A DNA stretch of 64,000 nt, taken from contig JAQFVV010000002.1 in the NCBI GenBank assembly GCA_028023455.1, positions 23,808,001 to 23,872,000 of the forward strand, in the 5' to 3' direction. Numbering within the stretch: position 1 is the stretch's first letter; each line of letters begins with the position of its first letter. Both the position numbers and the translations under genes were made by a program. Positions 1 through 13,299 of this stretch are shown in pieces. The stretch is from Epiperipatus broadwayi. Lineage: Eukaryota > Animalia > Onychophora. Below the pieces are notes generated by a model. That model had not been told where the DNA came from and made no database searches. It saw nothing but the letters and a program-made list of their open reading frames with translations.

Positions 1-367
1 TATCAAAAAATTTATTTGGAATAAATAAAAATATCTTATTATGTATATAACGAATTTAATGTACGTTAAGTTCTGAACAATAAGGCAGGAGGAAGTACCT
101 AAGCGATAACGAATTATTACCAAATACTAACACTTGCTAACCTATGGGGATAGTTTGTCATCGCTTGCTACCTTCTTAACATAATTTATTCTAGTATCTT
201 AAATCTGGAATTCTATCATAAAATAATCAAGATAAGTCCAATAGAATAGCTAATTAAACAATTTTCAGAAGCACTAACATTCTTTTAATGTTACTGTCTT
301 TAAATAGTTCATTGAAGGTCAAAGATTTTCCCAACAGCTAAGAACTGGATAATTCATTAACTTATCA

Positions 368-415
368 CTTACCAATCAATAACTTACCAATCAATAACTA
401 CTTACCAATCAATAA
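368..415. repeat. Short tandem repeat, 3 copies of CTTACCAATCAATAA
   Basis: Copies at 368-382, 383-397 and 401-415. Confidence 0.9.
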
Positions 416-2305
416 CTGAATGGTTAAATCAATTTGCAAACTTAAAAAATCAAGTTTTATCTGAATTTGAACCCAGTTCATGAACAAGGATAAGCAGGTG
501 TATTATATAACTTCCATGATGTAACATTATTTTCAAGAGTTGGGCTGACAATGGAATATTTTATATGTTATTATTTAACTTTCGGAATGTTTATGTATAA
601 ATATCAATAAAACAAACAAAATTAATAAATCTAATAAAAATATTATTCTATCAAAATAAGACTATAGGAAGTTAGCAAATATTATAAAAATTAATAAAAA
701 AACATTTATTATTTAAAATAACACTAGTTTTTAAAGAAATAAATTGCAGATAACCAAAGAGATCATTTACACAGGAGGATATTAATAAACTAATGTAGAT
801 GAATAAAAATAAAATCTTTCAACGTCCATTTTTATTTCTCCATTAAGATGCATAATCATCACAATTTTAAAATAACTCAGTAAATCAATGTAAGGCTATT
901 TTGCTCACGATACAATGGAATTGAACATTCAAAATACACAAAATGTTACAAAATACTGTAACACCTTATTACAAAATCAACGTAAAGAAGAGTAAAAAAT
1001 ACAAATGATAATCTTTCAGGTAGCCATCTTTATTAGCAATATAAATTTTTAAAACTTGCTTTGGGAATGGAATTCAATAGTTTCTCAAACACAAATTCTG
1101 GACCATATAATTAATAACAATTTGATTTATGAAGCGACTGGAATATCAATGTGACAAAACAAACCATATAGTTAACGACTGTTGAATCCATGGCAAAAGT
1201 GGCAGAATGGAATAACTTAATAAAGTAAGTTAGTGAATCTATCACCATATTGAAATCACTACAAGTGCATTTATTATATTTTGTTAAGAATTAAACTAAA
1301 TCCGTAAATAAATAATGGCAGAAATAAAAGATTTAATGAAATCGTGAATGATATTCTCACATTAAAACAATATGCTAAATAAACAAATCCACAAATTTTT
1401 CTACAACACTTAATCATTAAGCCAAAGATAAAATCACATACTCTAAAGATAAAAAATATATCAGAAGATTAATGATTTTCCAAATTGTCTCAATACCTTT
1501 GCAAATCCAATGATATATAAAATGCAAAAGAAAAAAAATCTGTGTCAATCTTGCAGGACCATAATTAATTGTTCAAATCTGATGGAGAAAATTTTTAATC
1601 ATTTGCACATAGTTTGCACCAAAAATATATAACTCTTGAAACTATGTTATTGATTTAATGTATTACTACCATTATTTTCTTTTAAAACCTTATTTTGTCT
1701 CATAAAAACTCATCAACTTTGTACACAGATTTTATATTCTTTATATTTCAATCATGTTATATATACAATGTAGTGCTTCATAGCCCTAATCCAACATTTG
1801 ATTTCTTTATATGCATTGTTCGTATACCATATTTATATGTATTCATTGAGACTATATTATTCAGCTAATTTTATGCTGTCATTGATTTCTCTTGTATCTA
1901 CTCTAAAATGTGAATAAAATTTTGATTTTTGAAAGTAAAAATCAAAAACCTGATCTTGAGTTGACTAAAAGGATTGTGAAATTTACTGTGTGAGCAGAAC
2001 TGCTTCATTAAAAATGGATAATAACTGAGTTATTATTAATTCAAACGGTAATTCAACATTAAGGACACATCTTAAGTCAAGATGCTGATGACAAATAAAC
2101 AATATCTATCTGCTTTTTGACCATAAGCAGATATGATAAATAATGGAATATTTTCAAATCATCTAAATGAATAAATAGGAAATTACTTTTTAAAAGCTTA
2201 TAGTACCTAAGTATTATAAAATACTCATAGATCCAAGCCACACGTGTACAGTTTCATCAAAAATATAAAAAGTATTCTGATCCTAGCCTGACACCTTAAG
2301 TTGTG

Positions 2306-2559
2306 AAGATCTTGTGCCTACAGATAAGCTGCAGTACCGCGTATTATGGTGAAACAAAAGCCACTGTTAATAAGAGCTACCCAGCATATGTATGCATAGA
2401 AGAGAGCTCAAACTAAGTGTCTTTGAACACAAAAAAGCAGCTGGTCACAAGTTTGAACCCTCCAACCCTCAGATTGTGTGTACTAAAAGAAATGACTGCT
2501 AGAGAAAAATAAAGGAGGCATACTACATCATAAATGATCCAAATGCTATTAATAGAAAA
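2306..2559 (+). pseudogene. GIY-YIG endonuclease domain of a Penelope-like element (frameshifts, stops)
   Basis: Manual translation with frameshifts: KILC..SCSTAYYGETK/LLIRATQHMYA*/RELKLSVFEHKKAAGHKFEPSNPQIVCTKRNDC*RKIKEAYYIINDPNAINRK. This matches the PLE pattern C..C..YxGETxR.L..R..QH...EH...GH.F...RKIKEA.YI...N.IN. Confidence 0.85.
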
Positions 2560-2688
2560 TACACATTTCTCTATCTCTAAGAAGTGGTCGAGCTGATTGA
2601 TCTTTTGATAATAACATTGTTTTGCATATGAAGACTATTTTACATACATTAGCAAACATCAACAACACTAAAACGTTTCTAATTCTTG

Positions 2689-2729
2689 GGCTATGAATAT
2701 GAGGTTAAAAGATCTCGAAAGCCTAAGCC
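2689..2729 (+). ncRNA. Degenerate type-I hammerhead ribozyme in the Penelope 3' region
   Basis: GGCU (stem I) ATGAATA (core CUGAnGA with 2 substitutions) U GAGGU-loop-AUCUC (stem II) GAAA GC CUA AGCC (stem I partner). Confidence 0.55.
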
Positions 2730-2932
2730 AGATATTTAACTATGATTTTTCTAGCTTCCCCAATGAGCATTTGAAGAGAAGTATAATTGCAATTAAATAC
2801 ATTGTATCTTAATTATCACTCTGAAATCTTTAATGTGTCCAATCAATTATGAACAATGCTAATATTTAATGTGTGTGGCTTCAAGAATTCAGTGAGTTTC
2901 ATCTCAGAATATGTAATACAAAATATATGTCT

Positions 2933-3115
2933 GTCTGTATTTAGGTAAAAGTTTTATATTACATAATTAGAAAGGTATGCCTAGCATGCTTTTGACTACT
3001 TAACAGTAATAGTCCTAGTCAGTGTCACTACTTTGAATATTAAAGTTAAGTAGTAAAAGCATGCTAGGCATACCTTGCTAATTATATAATATAAAGCTTT
3101 TCTCTAAATACGGAC
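2933..3115. repeat. Fold-back hairpin element, about 72-bp arms and 40-bp loop
   Basis: 2933-3004 is the reverse complement of 3045-3115 with few mismatches (AAGGTATGCCTAGCATGCTTTT / AAAAGCATGCTAGGCATACCTT). Confidence 0.9.
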
Positions 3116-4323
3116 TTATGTATTAACGTATGTACAAAAACAAGTTTTGGAGCAATGTTGAAGAAAAAAACCCATAGTAATTCCAAAAACCTTATTACTA
3201 AACCCTCCTCTTCCCTCAAACCATTAAACTTTATACAAAAATATAGAATTTGTGATAATGAAAAAACACTTTATTTTCAAATGATAAAACAATGTCATGT
3301 TTAAAAGTAATATTAAACTCTTTCCCTATAGATAGTTTTTCAAATTTTAATTAAAAGAAAAATGATGTGATTTATAAGGTAGATCAATAACAGACTTCTT
3401 AAAATAATATGCTAATTTTAAACTGTAACAGTAACAACAATAGAACGATTCTTCTTCAATTATTTGCAAATTAGGATATTTTTACAATAGACAAAAAAAT
3501 TATTTATAATAAAAAAATGTTTGGGAATAAGATAAAATAACTTAATATATTTAAAAAAAATCTATGATCAAATAAGAAATACCATGTAAAAAAGCCAGTT
3601 CTACACATATTAATAATTCTCAAAAACAAAATGCTCATTCAATTTATATAATCAAGAAATAAATACTTGAATTTGTATTAAATGTTTCTATTAAGATTAT
3701 TCTATATACAGAGCAAAATGAAAACTGTATCTGCTATTGGTGTAAAGCAAAACAGTCGAACAAATCTGATAATTCATAGTAGCTATACACTTATTTATAA
3801 AGAATACAAATTAAGTCTACTGAGCCTGAATTCATATTTGAAAAAGGTATTAATTTCACTAGAAAGTAATATCTAAATCTAAATTATGAAGTAAAGAAAT
3901 TTCTAATCACTCAAAAGTAGTAAATTCAAAATTATTAGCATGTAATCTAATATATAATATAACGATAATAGCCTTTTTCACAAGTGATAATAACAAAATT
4001 AACAATAAAATGGAACACATAATATTCAAAAGTTAATTTTGTCTAGGGAAACAAAGATAACTAACGAGTAATTGTGCATATAGTGGAATGACTTAACAAT
4101 TTTATTTTTAATTGAAAAACATACAATAGTCATAGGTAATGATCAAATTGAACATAATAATAACAAGTCTCTATGCAGATTCAATTACATTTCCCTTATC
4201 GCTTATCCCTTCCACCTTAATACTATTACTAAATGACAAAATAAATATTCGCCATGAACTTCAGATGAGAAATAAACAAATAATAAAATTATTAACAATA
4301 ACAGTAACTTTAATCAACAAATA

Positions 4324-4438
<115 letters not shown>

Positions 4439-5391
4439 CACATATCTACATTTAAAATTATATGAAGAGCACACATGAGAGGAAAAATCTTTGTGGTTTT
4501 ATAATAATTCATGAGAAAAGCTACCAGTAAGTTGAACTGTCACACACCTGTTTTCACAATGTCAAGCTCTTTAAAGTCACAGAAATATGATCCTTGCAAT
4601 ATCCAAAATGAAGAAGCAAACACTATCACTTCTAATTGACAGTATTAAAAATGGTTTCTTTCTGGCAATAAGGATGGCTACCTTTTTACTATTCACGATC
4701 TGGTCCATCAGATGCAAATTAATCTTTGACAATTTGATTATTAACAACCAAGAACTTTTCTTATGCTTAGTGGGCAAAATTAAAAAAGAGATAGGACACT
4801 TGCCTCCCCCCTGATATATTTGAAGCCACCTGGAGCTTAATCTCTTTTCCCACCAGACCTTTGATCTGAATAAAAAGCTTCTTTATTCAGCCTCATTTAT
4901 CAGCAAAATTAAAAATGACATATGTTTTCCTTGGTTTCTCAAGCGAATATCTTCTATTAACTTAACAAAAAATTGAAAGGCCACTTTGATTCAGGTTGTT
5001 TATCCTGATGGCAGAACAATGAATGAGCCCCCTCCCTAAGGAAATGCTTGTCAGCATTTCTCCTTGGTTCAAAGATATCTTATAGACTGCTTTTTCAAAG
5101 ATTGGGTACTCTATATAGAATGACCTAATTTCACATATTAACCTATGCCTCTAGGTAAAAGGACTTGGTTTTTTTTTCATTTTTATGCCTAAGTGTACTG
5201 TCTTTGCACTGTTGTCATTTATCTGTATCATAAGTATTTAATAAATAACTTATTTTTTTTTTTAAAAAAAGCTGACAGTAAGTTCAGTTAATTACCTTAA
5301 TATCTTTGTGAGCTCATATATATTTCTGTTTCCATTAATGTGGATTTATAGCTATTAAAATTTTAAATATCTGCTAACAATTTAAACTTCT

Positions 5392-5612
5392 AAGCCAATA
5401 AACATCACATGATCACTATTTCTTATGCTTGCATATAACTTATTAAAACAGGCAAAACTCACTACATGTATTGCCACTCACTGCAAGCCAGAAACTGGGG
5501 ATATTGGATGAGTAGGCACTAGATAGGGATTTTATGCACAAGTCTTCTGGCATCCATTGATTGCTCTAGCTTGCAGTGAATGGCAATACGTATAGAGAGT
5601 TTTGCCTATTTT
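5392..5612. mobile_element. Family B element, short fold-back copy with truncated hammerhead
   Basis: About 49-bp inverted arms (about 5444-5492 / 5566-5613). Interior GCCAGAAAC-TGGGGATATTGG...CATCCATTGATT matches the 26.7-26.8 kb copy with TAGTC deleted. TCACATGATC at 5405. Candidate TSD AACTTCT at 5385/5613. Confidence 0.85.
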
Positions 5613-6499
5613 AACTTCTCTTGAATTATTCCATGGCAGTTATCCTATGAGTGTTTTCCAGCTATTTAGAGCATCAAAATAAGTAATTTATAAAGTAATT
5701 CGTAGAATATTTCTATGTGATAATCAATTTAAACAGCAGGTTTTCTTTTTATAGCAAGTAAGTCTCACATATTTAGCTTCAGCATTATATAGTGATGAAC
5801 AGATAAAAGTTAATTTGAAGGAATTCCTTTGTTTACAGTTCCATAATCAACTGCACCACTGGAAAGGTCTGGGAAGACATTCTGGAGTTCCCTCCCAGAA
5901 ATTGCATAATTTTCACTTAAATAATCATTACCATTTTTACTGACTTCTATCCAGTAAGTGATATGATGAAGAAGTAACAATAATATCCATGTTTTTGTTA
6001 GAAATGTAGATGATTGAAGAAGCTTCTGTTGGTTCCCACAGCAACATTCCTTTTTTAAACTTAATAATTCTTCATTTTAAAATAAAAAAATATATTACAT
6101 TTTATTTTTAACAATTATTATTGTCATTCTCAAAATACTTTATAATTTATTTCCACAAGACTTTTAATATTCTGTAATATAATAAAGAAAAATATTCACC
6201 TAAAAGCCTTGCCTGTAAACTCAGATATGAAGTTACAATAATAACATAATAATGTTTTTAGTAATTTAAAAACAAATTTTTCCTATTGAATTTTTCCCAT
6301 CACAATTCCCATTTTTAATATGATGGTTTAAGCAACCTTTTATCAAATCTCATATTTAAATTTAACACATTTTCTTTTTTTGTAAAGAACTATTTTAAGC
6401 ATTCTTCTTCAAGTTTAGATTATTATTACATATAACATATTTACTTTTCACTGATCAGTTTATTATCATATGCCTATATCTATTTTCCTCTATCATATC

Positions 6500-7350
6500 A
6501 TGCAATTTCTTTTATATTTATTAATTTACAGCTTTTTCATTTCTTCTGTCCATTCCCAATTGTCTAGTTATAGCCAACTGCATTATATGATTTAGTAATT
6601 TATAGTCACTTATTTATTATGTGCAGCTACAACAGATTACATTTTCTTTATATCATTCAATATTGCTATCTATAATGATATTTATTGTTACTTGTCTTTA
6701 TCTATTTTTATGTCATATTTATACCTTTTTTACCAACTTTATTTTCATTTTATTTTCTCTCCAAATAGTCAGCCATGCAGAAAAAGTACCTTTTGATTAA
6801 TAATTTATAAATATATTTTGTAGTTTTTGATAATAAAAAAAGATGCATTTATAAAATATACCAGGAAACTTGGTGATATTGCCTTTACATTCTTCTTTTC
6901 ATCATCAGTATCTTTTTGATTAAATATTACACCTTAAAAACAAAATATTAAAGCTTGGCCATTTGAATAGAAATCTTGTGCTCAACATGCTAAATTGAGT
7001 GCTGGAACTTTAGACAGCCTATAAGATTATTATTATAAGAGTTACAAGTTAATTATTTATTTTTCATCTTCTATAATGAGATTAATGTATTTCTATGCAT
7101 AAATATTTGTTTATTTTTTTATTTACTGCTAAATTTGTGTTCTATAATCAAGTTTCTGATCATACATTTAATACCACATGTACCATTGGCTATCTCACAA
7201 ATAAAAGGATGATTTTGATGTCGTATAATATTCAACTTCATTCATATACATCGATATACGTTCTTTGTCATGAATTCAATGATGTTGTCAAATAAATTTG
7301 AAGATATTCAGCAACTCTATCCAAAATGTTTGGAGACTATAATTTTTGTA
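6500..7350 (-). mobile_element. Highly decayed Jockey/CR1-like LINE RT remnant
   Basis: Fragmentary motifs by eye (LDRVAEYLQIYLT; SPSFLVYFIN; WLTIWRENKMKI). Many stops. Confidence 0.3.
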
Positions 7351-8399
7351 CAGCCGTTAAAATTTTCAATCAAGATTTTAAAAAGTTTTTAGCAATGCAA
7401 TATTAGTGCCAAATTTCTTAACCTTATTGAGTCATATAATAAGTCATTAAAAGTAGTATTAATCACAACATTTTACATCTTATTCTATGTGTAAATGTAT
7501 TACTACGTGTGTGAAGGCAGTGTACTGACTGAAGTAATAAGAAAAAAAACGCATACATATACCAAACATTTACATATACAATTCATACTTCTGATAATTT
7601 ATATAACATATAATGGAAAAATATTTTTAAGAATTATCCAAACAATTTGATAATATTATTACAACAATAAACTTTTAATTCGATTATTAAAATAACATTT
7701 TCCATATCCAAATGTTTTGCTTTTACCGTTAAGAGTTTATTTAACAATAAACTCTATTTGCATATTATATAAAGATATTTTTCATCATATAAAAAGGAGA
7801 ATTTACGTTAATTTCATTTAATCTTTGTAATTAAAAAAGTTATGCAAACACGAAAGAGAAAAAAAAAACTACAGGTAAATTTCACTGCAATGCTAAAGAC
7901 TAATTGCAGCGACAATTATACTCACTAATTAGAAATTACACAGGAGCTTTTATTCTTAAAAAAACTTCATTAGTCGTAAAATTTCATCACTATAATTATA
8001 ATTGAAAATCAATTGCAATACAATCAACAGTAAAAAAAAAAAACAACTATTTCAGTAAAAAAGTACATTTTTAATAATAAAAAAACTAAATGGAAAAAAT
8101 AAATTAAGGTGTTAGGTCAATGTAATCTTCTTTTAGTAACAACTACATCTTTATTATTGTGTAAAAATAGATCAATCATAAACACACATATACAAAATTC
8201 ATAATCTTTATTAAAAATAATACATTAAAAAAATCATATTTTTCCACAAATATCAATTATTTTAACGCACTTTAATGCGAATTATATATATATACACACA
8301 CACAATGTTCCGTTAGCGCTGAATTAAGGATTGAAGATTTGGACACTAAGAAAAGAGATATACAGAAACTTCACTTCACATTTTAAAGTACAGAAAGAT

Positions 8400-10100
8400 G
8401 TATATTAACATTTATTATCTTCATCATTAACAACCATATATAAATGAGGATAATTATTCCAATTTCAGAAAAAAAATTAAAGGGTGGCGATATGGCGATA
8501 ACACCGATCAATCTGTGAATACAAATAGCTACAATGGCAGAAATGAAGTTCTTAATAAAGTCACGAATGATTCTACTTCCTAGTTGCAATTTTTATATGT
8601 TCTCTTATGATATTCCAGGCGTCTAAAAACATATCACAAATGAATAAATTCATGCTCCTTTAGTCCATTCATTGTACATCTTGATAAGTTGTTTTTTAAT
8701 CTCTTACTGAGCAAACTTTTCGATGTGAACGATTTTAACATTTTGCCATATTATAGCCCTTTATTGTATCCTATTCATACCTTGAGATAATCTTTACAAT
8801 GTAAATGCAGTCCACTCCACCCAAACCACACAAGTTCACCATAAAATATTATTTTTAGGAAATCTGATATAATTATTAATATCATATACTCAAGTTAGTA
8901 ATGTTATCATATTCAGTAAGCTAAAAAGTTTATTGAAGTCTTATGAACTTATATTTTCAAAATGTTATAAAGCTATTCTTAAATAAAAATTTCTTAGTGC
9001 CTTCATGTTATACCAATAAACGATCCAGTCCAACGAAATAAATTGGGCGGAATGAGAGCTTTTACTGAGTTAACTTAGTTTTAGATATATTATAATTATT
9101 TCATTATGTATCTTTTAACTTTTAAATGCAATAGTATGTTGCCATATCAACATCCAATTCATATGCCCAAGCTGATAATTATCCAAATTAAAAACCACTG
9201 AAGATTTTTCTTCATCACTGGCTGATAAAGAACTTGAGTTTTTTTAAAAAATACTAATTATTAAAACAAATTCTCTATAGGCTGTATTCAAATATTAAGA
9301 AATGTTCTGCAAATTATCCATTTACTTATTAAAAAGCAGCACAAATCTACATGTTTTGATTTAATTTAAACATTACATTAAAAACCATCAAAATTATACT
9401 GCATTTTGATGCCAGATTCACACAAGCATTCTCTATAAATGTTAAAAAGCAATATTATAAAACAAAACTGGAGTTAGGACATATTATTGTTAAACACCAG
9501 TTCTATTTCAAATGTATGATTTTCCACTATAAGTAAAAACACTTTTTCAAACCATCATACAGAAGTTAATTTCAAGCACTGCCACAAACTTTGCTTGAAT
9601 AACTGAGACAAATGCCTTGATTCACATTAATAAAGACAAAATATACATTATACTTTTGCTCAAAACATTGACAACAAAAATGTATTTATAGAACTTTTTG
9701 ATTCTTTAAATCATACTGAATCTCTGATAACCACCCATTTACAATTGGAAGCAATATACAAAATTAAGTTATTGAAAGTACATTTAAAACATTACCTAAC
9801 AATATTTCATGACAATTTCTGCTTTTTTAATTCCCTTCTTTTATAATCAAAATAATGGAAACATCCTTAATATTAAATGGTACAACTTCATAGATACAAA
9901 AATTTCTAAAAAATTACAATAGATTGAAGTTATCATAGCATTACTTATTTAAAATTTTTGCCAAGTATCTCATCAGGATCCAATTTAACTTGACCAAGAT
10001 AGTTATCTCTGCTTAAATCTGAATAAGTTCATTAATTGTATTTATCTTTAAATCTGTAACATGACAAGTTTGAAAATATTGGCATTTGTAGTATTTAGCA
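8400..10100 (-). mobile_element. Decayed RTE-clade LINE reverse transcriptase
   Basis: Thumb region YLKV*IGYNKG.YGKMLKSFTSKSLLSKRLKKQLIKMY at about 8670-8790. G.PDEI-like motif at about 9965-9980. Post-YADD-like ASDEEK at about 9205-9230. Confidence 0.55.
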
Positions 10101-10989
10101 AGTTCTTTCTAAAGGGCAACCATCAAATTTTTACAAACAAAAAGAAAGTGACTGGAAAACAGATATTGTGAGAACAAATAGGTTCAAAATATATAATCCA
10201 AGCTGAAATGTACATGGATTCATGTTATAGCTATCTTTACTGAAGGTTAATTTACATATAGATTACTGGGGTTTTTCGGAACTTCTGCATTAATTTAATC
10301 TACATTTGAGCTACCAAAAAGTTATATTTTGAAGTTCAGTAAAAGAAATATCTTTTTTATCAAACATCTCTCAACATCAGTTTTTACAATGTTTATTACA
10401 TTTCCCATTTCATATCTTTAATAAATTCATCCTGTTTGCATAAACATTTTTATTAAAATTCTTCTCTTTTCAACTTCTACTAATATCTTAATAGTAAAAC
10501 AAAATGTTAAGCTAATAATTAGAAAATCCTTCTTTATTTTCTCTTATTGAATTATACAGTGTGTCCCAATTAAAAATGACTAATTCTTCATCCATACTGC
10601 CTATAGTGTTATCTCTAAATTAAGATATGCATTAGGTAATGACATGATTTAGCTATTTACCACACAACTTTTGAGGTGTTAATGCAACTGGGTAAGTTAC
10701 CACAGGAAATGTGTTTCATACCTTAATTCAAAATGGACCAAATGTACTAACATTGACTATTTTTTTAATTGGCCAAAACTGCGCTGAAATGTTTGAGATA
10801 ATTCAAACTGTATTTGCAAGAAATCCATGAATGACAAGATCATTTTCCAAGTGGTTTGCAAGATTTTGTGATGGAAGGGAAAGCAATGAAAATGAATCAT
10901 AAAGGTACAAAACCCATTATCATAATTTATGTCGTAACTTACAATTCGGAAATACTAGTGTTTTAAAATTTTTGTGGTGAATGGATACA

Positions 10990-12030
10990 CAATTTACTAT
11001 GTAACACATACTGATTAAAAATAGTGCTGTAGGCAGCTTGGAGAAATAATCAACTATTCACTGGGATATACAGGATAATTCAGAGATGGTGTCACAGGAA
11101 TCTTGGAGAGAGAACCAATAATCTATTTACTGGTGTACATGTGATAATTCAGAGATGGTGCTGCAAGCAGCATGGAGAGAGAACCATCATCCATTTACTG
11201 GAATACATGTTGTGATTCAGAAATGATACTGCATGTAGCTTGGAGAGAAAACCAGTCATCTATTAACTGGGATATATATGATGATTCAGAAATGATACTA
11301 CAGATAAGCTTGGCGAGAGAACCAATCATCTATTTACTGGTCATATATAATGATTCAAATATGCAGGCAGTTTGGAGAGAAAACCAGCTATCTATTCACT
11401 GGGATAAATGTGAAGATTCAGAGATGTTGCTGCAGGCAGCTTGGAGAGAAAACCAGTCATCTATTCACTGGAATATATATGATGATTCAGAAATGGTACT
11501 ACAGACAAGCTTGAAGAGAGAACCAATCATCTGTATACTGGGACACATGTCATGATTCAGAGTACTGCATTCAGCTTGGAGAAAAAACCAGTCAACTATT
11601 CACTGGGATATATATGATGGTTCAGAGATGGTACTACAGACAAGTTTGGAGAGAGAACCAATCATCTATTTACTGGGTCACATATAAAGATTCAAAGATG
11701 CAGGCAGATTGGAGAAACAACCAGCCATCTATTCATTAGGATACATATGATCAACCAACTATCTATTTATTAGGATATATATGATGATTCAGAGATAAAC
11801 CAGTCATCTATTCATTGGGGTACATGTGATGATTCAGAGATGGTGCTGCAGGTAGGTAGCTTGGAAAAAGAACTAAGCATCTATCTACTGGGACATATAT
11901 GATGATTCAGAGATGGTGCTGCTAATAGCTTCAAGTAAGAACCAGTCATCTATTCACAGATATATATGTACTGATTAAAAAATGGTCCTGCAAGAAGCTT
12001 GGAGAGAGAATCAGACATCTTTTCACTAAA
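10990..12030. repeat. Minisatellite, about 16 units of about 69 bp
   Basis: Unit approximately GATGATTCAGAGATGGTGCTGCAGGCAGCTTGGAGAGAAAACCAGTCATCTATTCACTGGGATATATAT. It explains repetitive ORF 11172-11555. Some units are shortened. Confidence 0.95.
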
Positions 12031-12884
12031 ACACACTGTGTACAATTGATTTAAAAAAATGGTCATTTGAATATACCATTAATTACCAATCTATAGTTCA
12101 GTGATAGAATCCAGAATTTGGTGTGTAAGGTCTTGGATTGATTCTAGTTCTGGCCTTTCTATAGTTCGAAGCTGCTTATGGAATCCCAAATAATAAAACC
12201 ATTTGGTTATTTTTTTAAATTTATCTCTTTTATATCACTTTTTATTTCAATTACTATAAATAATTTTCAAATAAGTATCTTTTTTTTTATGTTGATAAAA
12301 TACAATACTTGCAATTTCAGAAAATATCAGCACTATTGCATATTCTATACATTAAAAAAAAAATCTACCACATTTGTAAAACTTTTTACAAAAGTTATTA
12401 TTAAACAATTCATTGCAATAAAGTATATAATTAAGAACTTATTAAAGTTATATTTAAACAAACACCTTGAATTATTAGAAAATTAATTACTGATTAAAAA
12501 AACCAACTAAATACTAATCTTTGAAAATATCTCCTATGTAGTTAATTAGAAAATTTATTTTTTTAGAAATTACCAAATTAGTCTGATGAGAGGAAGATTC
12601 TTTAAATAACCAACCACTATAGATTAAAAAGTACATTGATGATTTAGTGCAATAGTAAAGTAACAAAATTCTGATCTCAAGATTCATCAATTTCTCCTCT
12701 AACTTCTTATAAACTCCCAACTTATAAACCATTTAATTATACTTTTTAATTAAAAAAAAAATCACAAAAATAAAAACATATATAAATTATTAAATTTAAT
12801 TTGATATATACCATCAAACCTCAAAATATATACTATTTTATCGAAAAGATATTAGCAATCTTCTAAAAATCAGTAAGTCTAAAC

Positions 12885-13280
12885 CAGAGGTCCCCAACCT
12901 TTTTGCACTTAGGAGCACATTCTATAATACCAGCCAGGTGGCGGGCACTTTATTTTTTCACTGTTAGGGGGTGGACACCATTTAATTTTTTAATGTTAAT
13001 TTATAGTTGGATATTGTTAATAATACACATAATGTACAAAAAAATATTTATTTCAAAAATAAAATTTTAACATATAATTAACGTTTATATTTTTATGGTG
13101 TAAAAGTATAGTATGCCCTACAATTTGATTACAATATAATACAATAATTTATAAAAAAAATTTTAAAAATTAAATTTATTTTTATCAGATAATTTTTTAT
13201 TGTGTTCGAATAGCAGCGGGCACACATAAAATGGTCTGCGGGCGCCATGGTGCACACGGGCATAGGGTTGGGGACCCCTG
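12885..13280. mobile_element. hAT (Charlie-type) MITE, 396 bp
   Basis: TIRs CAGAGGTCCCCAACC / GGTTGGGGACCCCTG. Perfect 8-bp TSD GTCTAAAC at 12877-12884 and 13281-13288. Confidence 0.95.
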
Positions 13281-13299
13281 GTCTAAACTGATAATCAAT

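Larger units (their letters stand above)
1000..2760 (+). mobile_element. Decayed Penelope-like retrotransposon (RT traces, GIY-YIG endonuclease, 3' hammerhead)
   Basis: Clear GIY-YIG remnant at 2306-2559. Frameshifted PIVS...NPMYKMAK-like RT motif at about 1480-1530. Degenerate hammerhead at 2689-2729. The 5' boundary is approximate. Confidence 0.75.

Noticed and set aside
4577-4814. Overlapping ORFs in a coding-looking stretch (about 4450-5150)
   Set aside because: No motif could be assigned with confidence; possibly a decayed transposon.
11172-11555. 127-aa repetitive ORF as a real gene
   Set aside because: Product of a 3n-length tandem repeat; neighbouring units are frameshifted.
10990-12030. 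69-bp array as a hammerhead satellite or as CRISPR
   Set aside because: TGATGA..GAAA..GTC occur in order, but the core C is absent and stem I does not pair. There are no unique spacers or cas genes, and the context is eukaryotic.
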